41,141 nt of DNA from Thermoplasmatota archaeon (GTDB taxonomy: Archaea; Thermoplasmatota; E2; DHVEG-1; B18-G2), in NCBI GenBank assembly GCA_029259115.1, contig JAPDJO010000012.1:1-41141 (forward strand). Reading direction: 5' to 3'. Position numbers and translations under genes: made by a program. This document shows, one piece after another, positions 15,536-27,572 of this stretch (positions are counted from its first letter, which is position 1; every line of letters begins with the position of its first letter). The notes under the pieces are model-generated. The model was not told where the DNA came from. It saw only the letters and a program-made list of their open reading frames with translations, and ran no database searches.

Positions 15536-17713
15536 TCACGCACTGAACTTATCTAGGTTGTCTCTCCTTCTGTCCTTTAACTCTCCAAGTTTTCCTTTAT
15601 TCCATGAGCTTATCTTTGAAAAGAAACCGGTAACTCTAGTTATACCATCAACATCCTCAGAATTACAATATGGGCATCTCTCATGTAAACCTCTAGACAC
15701 TTTTCCACAGGTTAAACAATGAGTAAACTCGGGCGAGAAAGCGATCTGTGCGTTCTGAGTGTTAAAGAATGTCTTCTTGACGAAATTTGCTATAGAGTTT
15801 GGATTTGGTCTTGATTCTCCAAGCCATATATGCGTTAATGCGCCAGCCTCGATAAGGGGATGAAATCTACCATCCTTTTTGACTCTCTCTATTGGGGATA
15901 CCGGAGCTGAGACATTCATGTAGGTCGAATTCGTATAATAGATCTCTCCTCTCTTTTTGTCTCCTTTGACTACGGTTGTTGCTTGGAGTGGATAATGTTT
16001 CATATCGAGCATAGCTAACCTATATGCTGTAGATTCTGCAGGAGTTTGCTCAAGAGGAAGTCTAATTCCATACTTCTCACTAAGCTCATCTGCTATCTTT
16101 TTCATGGTTGCTATAACCTTTAAACCGAATAGATGGGCATACTCAGATTCGTGTAACTCCTCTCCGATATGATACTGAACCATCTCATTTAAGCCAAGCA
16201 TACCTATCAAAAACGTTGCCCTATTCAATCTATAATAAGGTTCGCCATCAAGATCCATGGCTAGAAGTGCAAGAGGTCCTCTTCTTCCCATTTTCAAGAG
16301 TTCCTCTATAAATGCTCTTTTCTGAAGATGAGCTTTTACTGCTAGCTCTATTCTTTCTCTCAGTATCTCAAATAGTCTATCATCATCACCATTTGCCTCA
16401 TATGCGATTCTGGGAAGATTTATTGTCACATTCTGCATTGCTGAATACCTCATCTTCCAAGGTTCCTTTGCATCCTCTAGATCTTCATCACTAAGATTAA
16501 AGGCTAATCTGCAGCATTCTGATATTTTTGCGGTATTTCCTCTATCAAAAACGTAATATGTGTTTCCTTTTTCAGCGGCAACCTCGCTAATCTTGTAGAG
16601 AAACTCCTCATGACCCTCTGTAGAAAAGAATCTATCTGTCATGTGTACATTTGGTTTAGGGAAGAAGAAAGGTCTGCCTAGGGCATCTCCTTCATAGTAA
16701 ACATCGAAAAGAGCCATAGCAAATCTCTGAGATTCTTCAACATAATCTGCATAGGTGTTCCCTGTATACTTCCCTTCCGGACCTATCGCTGGAACATCTT
16801 CGAAATGCTTGGGACATTCCCAGTAGATGTTTATATCGCTGAATATGCTCTGTCCTCCTCTCGCCACGGCTTGCTGGGCAAACTCATATACCAGTATCTG
16901 GGCTAGCTGTTTCATTCTTCTATCATCTACATTTGTAAGGTAGGGGGCAAGGAACAGGTTGAATGCATCCCATCCTATCGCTCCAGCAAAATGACCCTGA
17001 AGTGCTGCAGAGAATTTTATAACCTGTTCGATTAAAACCTCTGGATGCTTTGCTGGTCTAGCTATAGATATGGCATTGGGTAGATTTAAACCAAACTTCT
17101 TAACATACTCTATATTCTGTCCAGAGCAGTAGGGTCGATCTATCATTCCAAGATCATGTAAATGGATATCGCCCCGCATATGTGCATCTGCAACGTCTTG
17201 AGAGAAAACTTCGATCAGAGCATATTCCTTCTTTATTCTCTCAGCCAATGTAAGATTTGTTGCCTCTGGACCATGGGGTACGTTTGCGTTTTCTTTGTTA
17301 GGGTTTATTATTATCTGTCTGGCATCGTAAAGAGGTACCCCCAATCTCGTATGCTGTCTTCTTATATGTTCAAGACCATATTCTATCAACTTTGCATTTG
17401 TTAACTCTCTTACAAGAGGTGCAGTAACATTATCTATATTCAAACTCATTATTAGTTTCTCTACCTCTTTTGCTATTATCCTTGCAGCATCTTCACTTAT
17501 TTCTGTTTCTCTCAGAAGAGCTTCTACTATCTTGTTCCTGTCCCACCTATGTATCTCCTCGCTCGATGTCCTGACAAAGAGCGATAGATCTGTGGCATCT
17601 TCTTGAGGTTTTGCTTCTACCTCGCTTTTGAGGTGGTGTGGTCTATATCCATTATCCTTCAAACGGAGCATGATATCGTCCTCTCGTACTAGAAGAGTGT
17701 GAAATTCTTTCAT
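15536..17713 (-). CDS. nrdD: Class III anaerobic ribonucleoside-triphosphate reductase with ATP cone
   Basis: ATP cone (WDRNKIVEALLRET...APLVRE), KENAN, HMRGDIHLHDL, RPYC, SECCRL, EQTPAEST, YYTNS, CLTC..CPYC, glycyl-radical loop RVTGFF. Alternative start at 17671. Confidence 0.95.
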   Translation of the reverse strand: MKEFHTLLVREDDIMLRLKDNGYRPHHLKSEVEAKPQEDATDLSLFVRTSSEEIHRWDRNKIVEALLRETEISEDAARIIAKEVEKLIMSLNIDNVTAPLVRELTNAKLIEYGLEHIRRQHTRLGVPLYDARQIIINPNKENANVPHGPEATNLTLAERIKKEYALIEVFSQDVADAHMRGDIHLHDLGMIDRPYCSGQNIEYVKKFGLNLPNAISIARPAKHPEVLIEQVIKFSAALQGHFAGAIGWDAFNLFLAPYLTNVDDRRMKQLAQILVYEFAQQAVARGGQSIFSDINIYWECPKHFEDVPAIGPEGKYTGNTYADYVEESQRFAMALFDVYYEGDALGRPFFFPKPNVHMTDRFFSTEGHEEFLYKISEVAAEKGNTYYVFDRGNTAKISECCRLAFNLSDEDLEDAKEPWKMRYSAMQNVTINLPRIAYEANGDDDRLFEILRERIELAVKAHLQKRAFIEELLKMGRRGPLALLAMDLDGEPYYRLNRATFLIGMLGLNEMVQYHIGEELHESEYAHLFGLKVIATMKKIADELSEKYGIRLPLEQTPAESTAYRLAMLDMKHYPLQATTVVKGDKKRGEIYYTNSTYMNVSAPVSPIERVKKDGRFHPLIEAGALTHIWLGESRPNPNSIANFVKKTFFNTQNAQIAFSPEFTHCLTCGKVSRGLHERCPYCNSEDVDGITRVTGFFSKISSWNKGKLGELKDRRRDNLDKFSA

Positions 17714-17746
17714 TATCTGCCTTTTTATCTAAATTTCTGAACTTAG

Positions 17747-17791
17747 TTTTTTACCAAAAGAAAAACTATTTATTACCAAGTTTGTTACCAA
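17747..17791. promoter_or_regulatory. Three direct repeats TTTNTTACCAA in the nrdD/wHTH divergent promoter
   Basis: TTTTTTACCAA 17747-57, TTTATTACCAA 17769-79, TTTGTTACCAA 17781-91. Confidence 0.55.
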
Positions 17792-17807
17792 TTACAGAAG
17801 TGATACT

Positions 17808-18404
17808 ATGGAGATTTTCAAAAGAGATTTAACTCTTCAAGATAAGATCTTAGACTACCTTAGAGAGGGTGAGGATTCTATATCAGGAATCCACAGAAAA
17901 TTAGAGAGAGACGGATATAAGCTTCACAGATTGGTATTAACAGGATATCTAAAAGCTTTAGCAGATGTGGGTATACTCAAAGAACATGAAATCAAGCCGT
18001 CTAAGGTTTATTCTTGGAGATCAAAAGTTAAAAAAAGAAGTATATATGAGATAGTTGGAGAAAAGGTAAAGAAGTTGTCTGATTCTAAAGCAGAACAAGC
18101 AAGGCTAGCAGTGTATATCCTGCAGAAGCTCTTCAAAAGAGCTATTTTTCTAGAGGAGGTAAAAAGATGCGGAATAGATGTAGATGATATAGATGCAAGG
18201 AAAGTGGGCGGAGAAGAGAGGATTCAAGCAAGGAAAGTGCTGTCAAATACTTTTGTAAAGCTTCCTTACAATAACCCGGCCTATATTGTCGAAGGAACCA
18301 AAGGTATGAAAGATATATATGAAGATGTGTTGGAAGAAATTGTTTTACAACTACTTAATGCAAAGAAGTTTGTATTTAGAGGGAAACAACTAAAATTAGA
18401 TTAA
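17808..18404 (+). CDS. Uncharacterised protein with N-terminal winged HTH
   Basis: KILDYLREGEDSISGIHRKL...HRLVLTGYLKALADVGILKEHEIKPSKVY; divergent from nrdD. Confidence 0.75.
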   Translation: MEIFKRDLTLQDKILDYLREGEDSISGIHRKLERDGYKLHRLVLTGYLKALADVGILKEHEIKPSKVYSWRSKVKKRSIYEIVGEKVKKLSDSKAEQARLAVYILQKLFKRAIFLEEVKRCGIDVDDIDARKVGGEERIQARKVLSNTFVKLPYNNPAYIVEGTKGMKDIYEDVLEEIVLQLLNAKKFVFRGKQLKLD

Positions 18405-19045
18405 ACGCCTCTCTTATCTCCCCATATTATTTTGTGGATCTGTAGAGATAATCTAGCATTGATGCCATCTTCTATCATGAGTTCAGCAATCCTCTTATAG
18501 TCAGTTCCCCAGACGGGTTGTATTATTAGTTTGCATCTTGGTTTAAATCTCCTTATAAGATCCTTAGCATAATTATAGTCCTCTTCGTCATAAACCACGA
18601 ATTTCAGCTGATCATGTTCTCTTAGGAGGGTTATATTATCCAGCTTCATTCTGTCACTCATACCAGAATATGGACATTTTATGTCTAATGATACCATGAA
18701 ATTCTCCTCGTATTTTTCGAATCTTTTGCATATATCAGATATATCCAAACTTCCGTTTGTTTCAATACAAACCTTGTAACCATTGTCTAACAAAGCCTTA
18801 AGCAAAACAGGAGTTTCTTCCTGTAGAAGAGGTTCTCCGCCTGTTACACATACGTATCTACTCCTGTAACTTCTAATTTGATTCATTATCTCTTCTACAC
18901 TCATGTCTTTACCTTCATAGAATGCATACTCTGTATCGCAATATTTGCACCTAAGATTACAGCCTGTGAGTCTTATGAATATAGTTGGATATCCTACTAG
19001 TTCGCCTTCGCCCTGAATGGAATGAAATATCTCACAGACCCTCAT
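18401..19045 (-). CDS. queE: 7-carboxy-7-deazaguanine synthase QueE (radical SAM)
   Basis: EIFHSIQGEG, FIRLTGCNLRCKYCDT, TGGEPLLQ, ETNG, LSLQIHKIIWG. Confidence 0.92.
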   Translation of the reverse strand: MRVCEIFHSIQGEGELVGYPTIFIRLTGCNLRCKYCDTEYAFYEGKDMSVEEIMNQIRSYRSRYVCVTGGEPLLQEETPVLLKALLDNGYKVCIETNGSLDISDICKRFEKYEENFMVSLDIKCPYSGMSDRMKLDNITLLREHDQLKFVVYDEEDYNYAKDLIRRFKPRCKLIIQPVWGTDYKRIAELMIEDGINARLSLQIHKIIWGDKRGV

Positions 19046-19160
19046 GATTCACCTCTTAATAGGTAGCATAAAGTATATATATGGGAATTATTATTTGGGT
19101 ATCCCTGTCTCAGACCATAGTATAGAATGAGATATATAAAGGTTGGGTTTATGGGCGTTC

Positions 19161-19234
19161 GGGCCTGTAGCTCAGCCAGGTAGAGCATCTGGCTTTTAAC
19201 CAGGTGGTCATGGGTTCGAATCCCATCAGGCCCG
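19161..19234 (+). tRNA. tRNA-Lys (anticodon UUU)
   Basis: Acceptor GGGCCTG/CAGGCCC plus G; anticodon loop CT-TTT-AA (19195-97); T-arm ATGGG-TTCGAAT-CCCAT. Confidence 0.95.
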
Positions 19235-19263
19235 CTAGGATGGAAGGGAGGATGGTCTCAGAT

Positions 19264-19560
19264 ATGAAGGAAAAGGAATTTAGCATCCTCGACCATGAAC
19301 TTGTACCCCAACATATAGTTTTATCTAAGAAAGAAGCTGAAGAGGTTCTGAAGAAATTCAATATACAACCCGAACAGCTTCCTAAGATACTAACTACAGA
19401 TCCTGTTGTTAAGGCTATAGGCGCAAAGAAAGGGGACATAATCAAAATAATAAGAAAGAGTAAAACCGCCTCAAAAGCTATAGCATATAGGTTAGTTGTT
19501 GAGGAAGAAGCAATTTCTCCTGTAAAAGATATTGTTGTGAAAGAGTTTGAGGAGGAGTAA
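19264..19560 (+). CDS. rpoH: RNA polymerase subunit Rpo5 (RpoH)
   Basis: [29 protein letters not shown]...YRLVV. The track start at 19204 lies inside the tRNA; the real start is 19252 or 19264. Confidence 0.95.
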   Translation: MKEKEFSILDHELVPQHIVLSKKEAEEVLKKFNIQPEQLPKILTTDPVVKAIGAKKGDIIKIIRKSKTASKAIAYRLVVEEEAISPVKDIVVKEFEEE

Positions 19561-19565
19561 TTAGT

Positions 19566-22500
19566 ATGAGGGAGCTTGTTGATGCTTTCTATAGAGAAAG
19601 GAGCATTGTTAATCACCAGATAGCATCCTATAACGATTTTCTGGAAAGAAGGTTACAGAACATTATAAACACGACAACTGTGGGAGAAGCTGGTGAAGGA
19701 GAGCAAACCGAAAGAGGTTATATCTACCCGGAGATAGAGGGGTTCAAGATAAAGCTCGGCAAGATAAAGGTTGGAAGACCTGAAGTAAAGGAAGCTGATG
19801 GGTCTGTAAGAGAACTTTTCCCCATGGAAGCTAGACTAAGAGATCTCGATTATGAAGCTCCTATCTGGTTAGAATTCATTCCAATAAGGGATGGCGTAGA
19901 GTATGAACCCGAACTTATAAGGATAGGAGAACTTCCGATAATGGTCAAATCAAAAGCCTGTAATATATCCAAGGAAGCTTTTGAGGAAAGGGAAGGGAGA
20001 GAGTTAACAGACGAAGAGTATAGGGAGTTGCTGGTGAAGGTTCAAGAAGATCCTCTCGATCCAGGAGGATACTTCATAAGCAATGGTACGGAGAGAGTGC
20101 TCGTTACCGTTGAAGATCTAGCTCCGAATAGAGTTTTAGTAGAAAAGGACACGCAGTACGGTACAGAAATAGAGGTAGCAAAAATATTCTCGCAGAAGGA
20201 AGGTTATAGAGCATTGACGGTTGTGGAAAAGAAAAGAGACGGTATCCTGATGGTATCCCTTCCAACAACATATGGACAAATACCTCTTATAATATTGCTA
20301 AAAGCCCTAGGAATGGAAAATGACGAAGAGATCCTGAATGTAATGGCAATGAGACCGGAACTTGAGCCTTATGTTCTCGCGAACATTGAGGAATGTACGA
20401 ATGAATACGGAATAACAAACAAGGAAGAAGCCATAGCATATTTAGGTAAAAAGTTTGCTGGAGGCCAAGCTAGGGAATATAGAATTAAGAGAGTTGAGAC
20501 TATTCTAGATAAGAACCTGCTCCCCCATCTGGGAGATGATCCCTCAGACAGAATAACAAAAGCCGTCTTCATGGCAAGAATGGGAATGAGGGTACTAGAG
20601 TTAGCCCTCGGACTGATAGAGCCAGATGACAAGGATCACTATGCCAACAAAAGATTAAAACTTGCTGGTGACCTAATGGAGGATCTCTTCAGAGTCGCTT
20701 TTACTGCATTATGTAAGGACATAAAATATCAGATAGAAAGAGTTCACGCCAAAGGGAAGGACATAAGAATAAGTTCATGCGTTAGATCCGATGTTTTGAC
20801 TCAGAGATTACATCATGCTATAGCTACTGGAAACTGGGTGGGAGGGCGTGCTGGGGTATCGCAACTATTAGATAGAACCAGTAACCTCTCTGCAATAAGC
20901 CATCTTAGAAGAGTTACATCCCCATTAGCTAGATCTCAGCCTCATTTCGAGGCAAGAGATCTCCATTCAACTCAGTGGGGAAGGTTATGTCCAAACGAGA
21001 CTCCGGAAGGACCAAACTGTGGTCTGGTAAAGAATCTTGCATTAACCGTAGATATATCCGAAGGTTATGATGAAAAAGAGGTCGAAAAGGTTCTTAGAGA
21101 TCTAGGACTGGAAGAGGTTTCAAAGGAGTCTAAAGGTTCTAGAGTATACCTCAACGGAGACCTCATAGGCATGCACCCAGATGGGAAAGAACTCGTAAAA
21201 CAACTCAGAGATAGGAGAAGGAAAGGTTTGCTTCATCATGAAGTAAATGTTTGCTATTATGAGGATTCAAACGATGTTGTCATAAACTGTGATAGCGGTA
21301 GACTGAGAAGGCCTCTTCTTGTTGTTGAGCATGGACATATACTGTTAACAAAGCAGTATCTAGAGGATTTAAAGAACGGAAGAAAAACATGGAGTGACCT
21401 CATAAAGGAAGGTATAGTGGAATATCTCGATGCTGAAGAAGAAGAGAACGCATACATAGCTTTAAGGGAAGAAGATCTAACCCCGGAGCATACCCATATG
21501 GAAATAGATCCAATGTGTATTCTTGGTGTAAGTGCAGGACTCGTTCCCTATGCAGAGCATAATGCTTCTCCAAGAATTACTATGGGAGCAGGAATGGGAA
21601 AGCAAGCGTTGGGATTCTTTGCTTCCAATTATAGGATAAGACCAGATACAAGAAGTCATCTCCTGCATTACCCTCAGGTTCCTCTCGTTCAAACCCATAC
21701 CGCCAAATATGTTAAACTTCTTGATAGACCAGCTGGTCAGAACTTCGTAGTGGCTATACTTTCATATAAGGGCTATAACATGGAGGATGCTTTGATTTTA
21801 AACAAAGCTAGTATAGATAGAGGGTTAGCTAGAAGCACATTCTTCAGAACATACAGCGCAGAGGAAAGGAGATATCCTGGTGGTCAGGAGGATAGATTCG
21901 AGATACCCAGTCCAGATTGCAGAGGTGTGAGAAGTGAGGAAGAGTACAGGAATTTGGATGAGGATGGTCTGATATATCCCGAGTGTAACGTCAATAGCGA
22001 TGATGTTCTCGTTGGCAAAACCTCTCCACCTAGATTTATAGAAGAACCAACAGATTTCTTGACTCCACAAAAAAGGAGAGAGACCTCTGTTACGGTTCAG
22101 CATGGAGAGAGAGGAGTGGTAGATAAAGTTATGCTCTCAGAATCTGTCAGCGGATCAAGGATGGTGAAGATAAAGGTGAGGGATGAGAGGATTCCTGAAT
22201 TGGGAGATAAATTTGCATCTAAGCATGGTCAGAAGGGAGTTGTAGGATATATAGCTCCACCAGAGGATATGCCCTTCAACGAAGATGGTATATCTCCAGA
22301 TCTTATAATCAATCCTCATGCAATTCCGAGTAGAATGACCGTGGGGCATGTTCTTGAGATGATTGGAGGTAAAGTAGCTGCCCTCGAAGGAAGATTCGTT
22401 GATGGTACACCATTCAGCGGTGAACCAGAAGAGGCGTTGAGAAAAGCCTTGGTAGCGAATGGTTTCAAGCATACTGGGAAAGAGATTCTCTATGATGGAG

Positions 22501-22937
22501 AAACTGGAAAGGCATATGAGTGTGACATTTTTGTTGGTTGCATCTACTATCAAAAATTGCATCACATGGTCGCTGGCAAGATGCACGCCAGAAGCAGAGG
22601 GCCCGTACAGATACTAACAAAACAACCAACGGAGGGTAGATCCAGAGAAGGAGGATTAAGATTTGGAGAGATGGAGAGAGATTGTCTGATAGGACATGGA
22701 GCATCAATGGTCATAAAGGATAGGCTTCTCGATGAATCTGATCTAACCGTAAAGTATGTCTGTAACAACTGTGGGCACATAGCAATAGTCGATAGACACG
22801 GTAAACTAAAATGTCCGATATGTGAAGATAAGGCAGAGATATATCCGGTTGATATGAGTTATGCTTTCAAGCTGTTACTAGATGAGTTGAAATCCATGTG
22901 TATAGCACCAAGATTGAGACTAGAATCCTTGGTGTGA
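19566..22937 (+). CDS. rpoB: RNA polymerase subunit Rpo2 (RpoB), unsplit
   Basis: [61 protein letters not shown]. Confidence 0.98.
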   Translation: MRELVDAFYRERSIVNHQIASYNDFLERRLQNIINTTTVGEAGEGEQTERGYIYPEIEGFKIKLGKIKVGRPEVKEADGSVRELFPMEARLRDLDYEAPIWLEFIPIRDGVEYEPELIRIGELPIMVKSKACNISKEAFEEREGRELTDEEYRELLVKVQEDPLDPGGYFISNGTERVLVTVEDLAPNRVLVEKDTQYGTEIEVAKIFSQKEGYRALTVVEKKRDGILMVSLPTTYGQIPLIILLKALGMENDEEILNVMAMRPELEPYVLANIEECTNEYGITNKEEAIAYLGKKFAGGQAREYRIKRVETILDKNLLPHLGDDPSDRITKAVFMARMGMRVLELALGLIEPDDKDHYANKRLKLAGDLMEDLFRVAFTALCKDIKYQIERVHAKGKDIRISSCVRSDVLTQRLHHAIATGNWVGGRAGVSQLLDRTSNLSAISHLRRVTSPLARSQPHFEARDLHSTQWGRLCPNETPEGPNCGLVKNLALTVDISEGYDEKEVEKVLRDLGLEEVSKESKGSRVYLNGDLIGMHPDGKELVKQLRDRRRKGLLHHEVNVCYYEDSNDVVINCDSGRLRRPLLVVEHGHILLTKQYLEDLKNGRKTWSDLIKEGIVEYLDAEEEENAYIALREEDLTPEHTHMEIDPMCILGVSAGLVPYAEHNASPRITMGAGMGKQALGFFASNYRIRPDTRSHLLHYPQVPLVQTHTAKYVKLLDRPAGQNFVVAILSYKGYNMEDALILNKASIDRGLARSTFFRTYSAEERRYPGGQEDRFEIPSPDCRGVRSEEEYRNLDEDGLIYPECNVNSDDVLVGKTSPPRFIEEPTDFLTPQKRRETSVTVQHGERGVVDKVMLSESVSGSRMVKIKVRDERIPELGDKFASKHGQKGVVGYIAPPEDMPFNEDGISPDLIINPHAIPSRMTVGHVLEMIGGKVAALEGRFVDGTPFSGEPEEALRKALVANGFKHTGKEILYDGETGKAYECDIFVGCIYYQKLHHMVAGKMHARSRGPVQILTKQPTEGRSREGGLRFGEMERDCLIGHGASMVIKDRLLDESDLTVKYVCNNCGHIAIVDRHGKLKCPICEDKAEIYPVDMSYAFKLLLDELKSMCIAPRLRLESLV

Positions 22938-22941
22938 TAGT

Positions 22942-25611
22942 ATGGTGGAGACAGGAATAACCAAGAAGATTGGAAAGATAGAGTTTGGCGTACTTTCTCC
23001 GTCAGAGATAAGAAAGATGAGTGCTACCAAAGTGATAACAGCAGACACCTACGATGATGATGGTTTTCCAATACCAATGGGACTGATGGATCCAAGGCTT
23101 GGAGTGATAGAGCCAGGTCTAAGATGTAAAACCTGTGGATTAAGAGCTGGAAAGGATGGTTGTCCTGGACATTTTGGTCATATCGATTTAGCTATGCCAG
23201 TCATACATGTTGGATTCGTAAAAGAGATAAGAGATTGTCTCAGAACAACCTGTAGAAACTGCGGTAGAATTCTTCTCCCAGATGAAAGATTGGAATATTA
23301 CAAGAAATTAAGAGAAGAGTACATCAAGGAAGGTAAAGATACAAGTTTCATCCTGAAGGCAATAATAAATGAGGTAAAGAATGTTGAAAAATGTCCAAGA
23401 TGCGGAAGAGAAGTAGGGAAGATAGAATTGGACAAACCCACAACATTCAGGGAGAATGGAAAGAAATTGACTCCCGCAGAAGTGAGAGAATGGTTAGAGA
23501 AGATACCTGATGAGGATCTCCCTCTCCTTGATATAGAGAGAAAGGCTACAAGACCGGAATGGTTTGTGCTCACTGTACTGCCTGTTCCTCCCGTAACGGT
23601 TAGACCTTCAGTGACGTTGGAAACTGGAGAGAGAAGCGAAGATGATTTAACTCACAAGCTTGTAGATGTTATAAGAATAAACCAAAGATTACAAGAGAAC
23701 AGAGATGCGGGAGCTCCACAACTTATAGTCGAAGATCTTTGGGAATTGCTTCAGTATCATGTTACAACATACCTAGACAATCAGACATCTGGCATACCAC
23801 CAGCTAGACACAGATCCGGAAGACCTCTAAAAACCCTGGCTCAGAGATTGAAGGGGAAAGAAGGGAGATTTAGAAGTAATCTATCTGGTAAAAGAGTTAA
23901 TTTCTCAGCTAGAACAGTCATCTCTCCAGATCCAAATCTAAGCATAAATGAGGTTGGTGTACCTATAGACATGGCAAGAGAGCTTACTGTTCCGATAAAG
24001 GTTACGGAGCATAACATAGATTGGTGCAGGATGATGGTAAGAAGAGGACCAAATCCAACAACAGAGAGAGGAGAGTACATACCTGGAGTCAACTATGTTA
24101 TTAGAGAGAGGGGTGGCATAAAGCAGAGGATAAAGGTGACTGAAAAGAATAAAGAAGATCTGGCTGAAAAATTGGAAGAGGGAATGATCATAGAGAGACA
24201 GTTGATGGATGGAGATATAGTTCTGTTCAACAGGCAACCCTCTCTACACAGAATGTCCATGATGGGACACAAAGTAAGAATAGTTCCGTACAAGACCTTT
24301 AGATTTAACTTAGCTGTATGTCCTCCATACAATGCTGATTTTGATGGAGATGAAATGAATCTACACGTTCTCCAGGGAGAGGAAGCAAGAGCTGAGGCTG
24401 AGATTCTGCTCAAAGTACAAGAGCATATTCTCTCTCCGAGGTTTGGAGGTCCTATAATAGGAGCTATACATGATCACATCTCCGGCTGCTTCCTCCTTAC
24501 ATATGGGGATAGGAAGGTGCCATTGAGTGATGCCATACAGATATTGTCGAATGTTCCCGACAAAGAGAAGATTCCGAAGGTACATGTAGATAAAGATGGG
24601 AATAAGTTTATTTATGGAAAGGATATCTTTAGCTCCATACTTCCAAAGGATCTGACAATATCATTCCCTGCAAAGGTTTGCTCCCATCCTCCACTTGATG
24701 ATCCAAGAGAATGCCCAACAAAGACTTGCGTAATAATAGAGAATGGTGAACTCAAGCAAGGAGTGATAGATGAAAATGCAATCGGTGCATTCAAAGGAAT
24801 GGTTATAGACAGGATAGTAAGAGAAAAAGGAACGGAAGGAGGACGCAAGTTCATAGATCAAGTTACCAGACTGGGAATAGCAGCAATATCGGTATTTGGA
24901 TTCACTGTGGGTCTAGATGAAGAAGACATTCCTGTTGAGGCGCAGAGGAAGATAGAGGAGGGTATAGAGAAGGCTAAGGAGAAGATCAATAACCTTATAG
25001 AGATCTACAGGAGAGGAGAATTAGAGCCTCTACCAGGCAGAAGTTTAGAAGAAACTCTCGAGATGGAAATAATGAGAGTTACTGGTAAAGCGAGAGATAT
25101 GGCTGGAGAGATAGCAAGTAAATATCTAGGTATGAATAATAGCTCTGTTATAATGGCAAGATCGGGAGCAAGAGGTAGTATGCTTAACCTTTCTCAAATG
25201 GCTGGAGTTGTTGGCCAACAAGCAGTAAGAGGAGAAAGGATCCATAGAGGATATAGAGGAAGGACTTTACCTCACTTTAAGAAGGGAGATATAGGAGCTG
25301 AAGCGAAGGGATTTGTAGCATCTAGTTATAAGAAGGGACTTTCTCCAACAGAGTACTTCTTCCATTCTATGGGAGGAAGAGAAGGTCTCGTAGATACTGC
25401 AGTGAGAACTTCTAGATCTGGATACATGCAGAGGAGATTGATTAATGCTCTTGAGAATCTCAAGGTCGAGGAAGATATAACGGTAAGAGATACAGATGGA
25501 GTAATTATACAGTTTGTTTACGGTGAGGATGGTATAGATCCCACCAGGAGTGCGAGAGGAAAAGCCATAGATTTGGATAAGATTGTTACTGAAGTGAAAA
25601 AAGGTGGTTAG
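22942..25611 (+). CDS. rpoA1: RNA polymerase subunit Rpo1N (A')
   Basis: CPGHFGHI, GKEGRFRSNLSGKRV, YNADFDGDEMNLH, GGREGLVDTAVRTS. Confidence 0.98.
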   Translation: MVETGITKKIGKIEFGVLSPSEIRKMSATKVITADTYDDDGFPIPMGLMDPRLGVIEPGLRCKTCGLRAGKDGCPGHFGHIDLAMPVIHVGFVKEIRDCLRTTCRNCGRILLPDERLEYYKKLREEYIKEGKDTSFILKAIINEVKNVEKCPRCGREVGKIELDKPTTFRENGKKLTPAEVREWLEKIPDEDLPLLDIERKATRPEWFVLTVLPVPPVTVRPSVTLETGERSEDDLTHKLVDVIRINQRLQENRDAGAPQLIVEDLWELLQYHVTTYLDNQTSGIPPARHRSGRPLKTLAQRLKGKEGRFRSNLSGKRVNFSARTVISPDPNLSINEVGVPIDMARELTVPIKVTEHNIDWCRMMVRRGPNPTTERGEYIPGVNYVIRERGGIKQRIKVTEKNKEDLAEKLEEGMIIERQLMDGDIVLFNRQPSLHRMSMMGHKVRIVPYKTFRFNLAVCPPYNADFDGDEMNLHVLQGEEARAEAEILLKVQEHILSPRFGGPIIGAIHDHISGCFLLTYGDRKVPLSDAIQILSNVPDKEKIPKVHVDKDGNKFIYGKDIFSSILPKDLTISFPAKVCSHPPLDDPRECPTKTCVIIENGELKQGVIDENAIGAFKGMVIDRIVREKGTEGGRKFIDQVTRLGIAAISVFGFTVGLDEEDIPVEAQRKIEEGIEKAKEKINNLIEIYRRGELEPLPGRSLEETLEMEIMRVTGKARDMAGEIASKYLGMNNSSVIMARSGARGSMLNLSQMAGVVGQQAVRGERIHRGYRGRTLPHFKKGDIGAEAKGFVASSYKKGLSPTEYFFHSMGGREGLVDTAVRTSRSGYMQRRLINALENLKVEEDITVRDTDGVIIQFVYGEDGIDPTRSARGKAIDLDKIVTEVKKGG

Positions 25612-26790
<1,179 letters not shown>

Positions 26791-26792
26791 GA

Positions 26793-27092
26793 ATGGTAGA
26801 CATAGAGAGAGCATTTAAATCTGTGATGAAGAAAGGAAAAGTTACGATAGGTTTGAAAAAGACAAAAAAGATGATAATTGATGGAAAAGCAAAGATGGTA
26901 GTCGTAGCAAAGAATTGTCCAGAAAGAGAAGAAATAAAAAATTTGGCCAAAGAGAGAAATATACCTATTTTTGAATTCCCTGGGAAAGGCGTTGAGTTGG
27001 GACCTGCATGTGGTAAACCCTTTGCAATATCGACATTTGCTGTTTTAGATGAAGGGAAAACAGATATTCTCAGTATAGTCGGAGAGAGTTAG
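26793..27092 (+). CDS. rpl30e: 50S ribosomal protein L30e
   Basis: GKVTIG, VVAKNCP, GVELGPACGKPF; conserved position. Confidence 0.95.
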   Translation: MVDIERAFKSVMKKGKVTIGLKKTKKMIIDGKAKMVVVAKNCPEREEIKNLAKERNIPIFEFPGKGVELGPACGKPFAISTFAVLDEGKTDILSIVGES

Positions 27093-27095
27093 GTA

Positions 27096-27521
27096 ATGGT
27101 AGAGAGAGTTATATCCAACGAAGACATGCAAAAAATCAGATTAGCAGCGTCTATAACCAAGGCAGATGTAATAGACTGTGTCGAGGATGATGACACTATA
27201 GTTTTTGTTGTGAGTAAAGGTTTTTTAGGCATAGCTATAGGTAAAAATGCAAGGAATATAGAGAGGCTGAAGGAGATACTCAAAAAGAACGTTAGATTTG
27301 TCGAGCTAGATGATGATGAGAAGAAGTTTATATCCAATCTTTTCAAACCTTTCAAGATAGAGGAGATTAGTATAGAGAAAGTTGGAAACAGAAATATAGC
27401 AAAATTGAAAGTTCCCCAAAAGGACAAAACTAGAATCATAGGTAGAGGAGGAAGAAACGTAAGACTTGCAAGAGCTATAGCTCAAAGACATTCCTCTATA
27501 GAGGATATCCAAATTCAATAA
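27096..27521 (+). CDS. nusA: Archaeal NusA (two KH domains)
   Basis: AIGKNARNI, RIIGRGGRNV; conserved position after rpl30e. Confidence 0.93.
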   Translation: MVERVISNEDMQKIRLAASITKADVIDCVEDDDTIVFVVSKGFLGIAIGKNARNIERLKEILKKNVRFVELDDDEKKFISNLFKPFKIEEISIEKVGNRNIAKLKVPQKDKTRIIGRGGRNVRLARAIAQRHSSIEDIQIQ

Positions 27522-27572
27522 AAATCGAAAATTTATAAGTTTGATTCATCTATTCTGCTTGGGGGTATAACT

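Noticed and set aside
15486-15539. N-terminal extension MRAWRWERGDPLPIYGDP of NrdG, or a SECIS role for the hairpin after the nrdD TGA
   Set aside because: The extension is just the translated hairpin, and ATG 15485 has a good SD. NrdD is complete at its TGA and the hairpin lacks the archaeal SECIS GAA/A internal loop.
968-19234. tRNA-targeted integrated element
   Set aside because: No duplicated tRNA 3' end and no integrase; the flanking genes are mostly housekeeping. The 9-nt CTCCCCCTC match near 41122 is too short to be meaningful.
19149-19616. 155-aa minus-strand ORF and the 19204 start for rpoH
   Set aside because: Both overlap tRNA-Lys; the minus ORF is an antisense shadow of rpoH.
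24676-24730. Cys-rich insert in RpoA' (CSHPPLDDPRECPTKTC)
   Set aside because: A variable metal-binding loop at this position is common in archaeal Rpo1N, so it is not clearly novel.
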